Assembly (NCBI GenBank): GCA_963822965.1
Contig: CAWGJT010000010.1
Location: 288,001 to 352,000, forward strand
Origin: an uncultured delta proteobacterium
Lineage (GTDB): Bacteria > Myxococcota_A > UBA9160 > UBA4427
DNA length: 64,000 nucleotides
Direction of reading: 5' to 3'
Of this stretch, positions 61,312-64,000 are shown piece after piece. Every line of letters begins with the position of its first letter. Position 1 is the stretch's first letter. Both the position numbers and the translations under genes were made by a program. The notes under the pieces are model-generated. The model saw nothing but the letters and a program-made list of their open reading frames with translations, was not told the origin of the DNA and searched no databases.

Positions 61312-62354
61312 TCCTCTTCGCAGAGGTTCCGAACTTCTACGCCGAGGTCGAGCGCAGCCGCGACCCGACGCTCCGGGACCGGCCCGTGGTGGTGGGCGGC
61401 GACCCACGCAAGCGCGGCGTGGTGCAGTCGGCGAGCCGCGAGGCGCGGGCGGCCGGCGTCCGGGTGGGGATGCCCATGCAGCAGGCCCTGGCAACCTGCC
61501 CGGCTGCGCGTCCCGTGAAGACCGACATGAAGCACTACCGCGAGGTGTCGGGCCGCCTGCGCGCCTGCCTGCGCGCGGAGGTGGAGGCCGTCGAGCCAGT
61601 CGCCCTCGAGTCCGCGTATCTCGACGTCTCCCTGGCGGGCGAGGACGCCCGGGCCGTCGCCGACCGCCTGACCTCCCGGGTGAAGCAGACGCTGGGGCTC
61701 CCCCTGCGCGTGGGCATCGCGGCCAGCAAGGCCCTGGCCCGGCTCGCCGCCGAGGAGGCGGCGCCGGGCCGCAGCCGTCGGGTCGAGCCGGGAGAAGAGA
61801 CCGAGTTCCTCTCCCCGCTGCCGGTGGACCGCCTTCCGGGCGTGGGCCCGCGCACCCTCGAGACCCTCCTTCGGCTCGGGGCCTCGACGGTGGGCGACCT
61901 GCTGCGGGTCGATCCGGCCCGCATCGAGCGCGAGCTCGGCAACCACGGTCTGCGGATCCTGGCGCTGGCCTCGGGCCGGGAGGACTCCACGGTTCGGGGG
62001 CACCGGCATCCGCGAACCCTCAGCCGGGAGCACACGTTCCGCCCCGCGGAGGTGGACCTCGGCGAGCTGTCGGACTGCCTCCAACGGCTCGCCCAGCTGC
62101 TCGGTGAGGGACTTCAGGAGCAGGGGCTCTGCGCGCGCCGGCTCGGCGTGAAGGTGCGGTTCGAGGACCAGCAGACGAAGACCCGAAGCCGGACGCTCTC
62201 GAGCCCGGTCTCGACGGCGGCGGAGATCTACGACGTGACCGTGGGTCTGCTCGGCCGGACGGAGGCGGGCGCCCGGGGCGTGCGGGTGCTCGGCGTCACG
62301 GTGAGCGGCCTGGGGCCGCGGCCCCTCGACCGCCAGCTGGAGCTGTTTCGCTGA
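61308..62354 (+). CDS. DinB/Y-family DNA polymerase homologue with degenerate catalytic residues
   Basis: FYAEVE, PVVVGG, RGVV, LPGVG HhH, little-finger domain, C-terminal QLELF clamp motif. Confidence 0.85.
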   Translation: MILFAEVPNFYAEVERSRDPTLRDRPVVVGGDPRKRGVVQSASREARAAGVRVGMPMQQALATCPAARPVKTDMKHYREVSGRLRACLRAEVEAVEPVALESAYLDVSLAGEDARAVADRLTSRVKQTLGLPLRVGIAASKALARLAAEEAAPGRSRRVEPGEETEFLSPLPVDRLPGVGPRTLETLLRLGASTVGDLLRVDPARIERELGNHGLRILALASGREDSTVRGHRHPRTLSREHTFRPAEVDLGELSDCLQRLAQLLGEGLQEQGLCARRLGVKVRFEDQQTKTRSRTLSSPVSTAAEIYDVTVGLLGRTEAGARGVRVLGVTVSGLGPRPLDRQLELFR

Positions 62355-62447
62355 ACGGCGGGGTCTCGACCCATCTCAAGCCCCCCTCCTGGGCGTCCGA
62401 TGAGGCCCCGAGGGCCGGCCGCTGCCCGGCCCGGCGAGGGGTCGTCC

Positions 62448-62783
62448 ATGTCGAACGCGGGAAGCGAGCGCCGCAAGTATCCGCGCCTGAGTACCGACCA
62501 GATCATCTCGTTCGCCGAGGTCGATCGGCCGGACCGGCTGGCGGTGGGCAAGAACCTGTCGTCGGGCGGGATCCGCTTCGAAGCGGTGGGCTGCGAGATC
62601 AACCTGGGCGACGTGCTGCGCGTGACCTTCAACATCGGGTCGGAGACGGTGGTGGCCACCGGCAACGTGGTCTGGGCCACCGAGACGGACGCCTTCAGCA
62701 TGGACGTCGGCCTCGAGTTCATCGAGATCGACCCCCGCGCGCTGGAGCTGCTCGACAAGACCGCTGGCGGAATCGAGGCTTAA
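62448..62783 (+). CDS. Single-domain PilZ protein
   Basis: ERRKYPR (RxxxR) and NLSSGG (D/NxSxxG) motifs, GLEF. Confidence 0.88.
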   Translation: MSNAGSERRKYPRLSTDQIISFAEVDRPDRLAVGKNLSSGGIRFEAVGCEINLGDVLRVTFNIGSETVVATGNVVWATETDAFSMDVGLEFIEIDPRALELLDKTAGGIEA

Positions 62784-62849
62784 GGCCGAAACCTCGAGCA
62801 GCGTCGACGGGGTGGCGGGACGCGAGCGCGAGTGCGAGCCTCCCGGCCG

Positions 62850-64000
62850 ATGGCGGACTTCCATCAATCGGGCGCGATCACCACGCTCCACAGGCTCGGC
62901 ACCCCCGACCTCGATCGGCTCGAGTCGGAGCTGCTCGCCTTCAGCACCTCCCGACCCATCGCCCTGGTCCTCCCCTGTCTCCACGCCGAGCTGCGGGGGC
63001 CCGCCCTCAAGGGGATCGTCGAAGAGCTGCACCGGGTGCCGTACCTGCGAGAGCTGGTGGTGAGCCTGTCGGGGGACGCCGATCACGCCCAGTTCGAGGA
63101 GATGAGCAGCCTCTTCCGAGAGGTGCCGCTGCTGGGCGGGCACGAGCCGACCGTGGTCTGGGCCGACGGCCCGCGGGTGCGGTCGCTGCTGGCGCGACTC
63201 CGCGCCGAGGGGCTCGATCCGGGCGAGGACGGCAAGGGCCGGGCCACCTGGCTCGCCTACGGCTACGTGCTGGCCAACCAGGCCTCGCGCGTGATCGCGG
63301 TGCACGACTGCGACATCTGCGACTACAGCCGCGAGCTGCTGGCCCGCCTGTGCTTCCCGACCGCGAATCCCAACATGAACTACGAGTTCGCCAAGGGCTA
63401 CTACAGTCGGGTGACCGATCGCCTGCACGGGCGCGTCACGCGGCTGTTCATGACGCCCCTCCTGCAGGCGATGAAGTCGGTCCTCGGCCCGATCCCGCTG
63501 CTCGACTACATGGCGTCCTTCCGATACCCGCTCTCCGGGGAGTGCTCGATGACGAGCGACCTGGTGCGCGCGAATCGGATCCCGGCCGACTGGGGGCTCG
63601 AGGTGGGCGTGCTCGCGGAGGTGTTCCGCAACTGCTCGCTGAAGCGGGTCGCCCAGGTGGAGCTGGTGGCCAACTACGACCACAAGCACCAGGAGCTGTC
63701 CCGGGAGGACGCGACCCAGGGGCTCCACCGCATGGTGGTGGACATCGCCGCCTCGCTGATCCGCAACCTCGCGAGCTACGGGGTGGAGTTCGATGCGGGC
63801 TTCCTGAACACGCTGATCGCGGCCTACGTTCGCACCGCCCAGGATACGATCCTGCGCTACAGCGACGACGCCAAGCTGAACGGGCTGCAGTTCGACCGGC
63901 ATGCCGAGGAGCTGGCGGTGGAGACCTTCTCGGGAGCCCTGCGGGGCGCAGGCCTCGACTTCGTGCGGGATCCCCTGGGCGCGCCGCAGATCCCGAACTG
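62850..64000 (+). CDS. Glycosyltransferase, glucosyl-3-phosphoglycerate synthase-like (3' truncated by the window)
   Basis: MADFHQSGAITTLHRL..., GKGRATW, HDCDI, KGYYSR, GRVTRL, YPLSGE, WGLEVG, YDHKHQ; frame open to the window end (absent from the ORF track). Confidence 0.8.
   Translation, partial: MADFHQSGAITTLHRLGTPDLDRLESELLAFSTSRPIALVLPCLHAELRGPALKGIVEELHRVPYLRELVVSLSGDADHAQFEEMSSLFREVPLLGGHEPTVVWADGPRVRSLLARLRAEGLDPGEDGKGRATWLAYGYVLANQASRVIAVHDCDICDYSRELLARLCFPTANPNMNYEFAKGYYSRVTDRLHGRVTRLFMTPLLQAMKSVLGPIPLLDYMASFRYPLSGECSMTSDLVRANRIPADWGLEVGVLAEVFRNCSLKRVAQVELVANYDHKHQELSREDATQGLHRMVVDIAASLIRNLASYGVEFDAGFLNTLIAAYVRTAQDTILRYSDDAKLNGLQFDRHAEELAVETFSGALRGAGLDFVRDPLGAPQIPN

Overview
A very GC-rich bacterial chromosomal segment of mostly core genes. 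Gene content (deltaproteobacterial-type gspC-N cluster, PEP-CTERM, MerR-TPR, coiled-coil OmpA/MotB lipoprotein) suggests a Myxococcota/deltaproteobacteria-like organism (inference). In order: a sterol side-chain-type cluster (two DUF35/OB-fold genes, two thiolase-like genes) behind a KstR-type palindrome; tRNA-Ala and tRNA-Leu; moeB, uvrA, EAL and SCP2 genes; tRNA-Sec (selC); folD-gcvT-gcvH (folD and gcvT carry many frameshifts, probably sequence errors); rubrerythrin/Fe-S oxidoreductase/DUF3501-maf-yggS-proC-divIVA-DUF167; tldD/pmbA; a type II secretion operon; dnaK-hsp20-lon; glycerate kinase; class I aldolase; pgk-tpiA-secG-tRNA-Leu; acpS with Ntn-hydrolase-like and DinB-like genes; PilZ; and a truncated glycosyltransferase. 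Main observations: (1) a selenoprotein hidden from the ORF track, a DsbA/FrnE-family gene with an in-frame TGA in a U-P-W-C motif followed by a SECIS-like hairpin, with an atypical tRNA-Sec in the same window; (2) tandem repeat arrays starting at the CCA ends of tRNA-Sec and tRNA-Leu(GAG); (3) an acpS operon with two apparent pseudo-enzymes; (4) a GspD-SPOR fusion; (5) DUF3501 with a degenerate HIT-like tail; (6) the KstR-like box. No CRISPR array, integrase or transposase was recognised. All calls come from reading the sequence by eye; no database searches were run.
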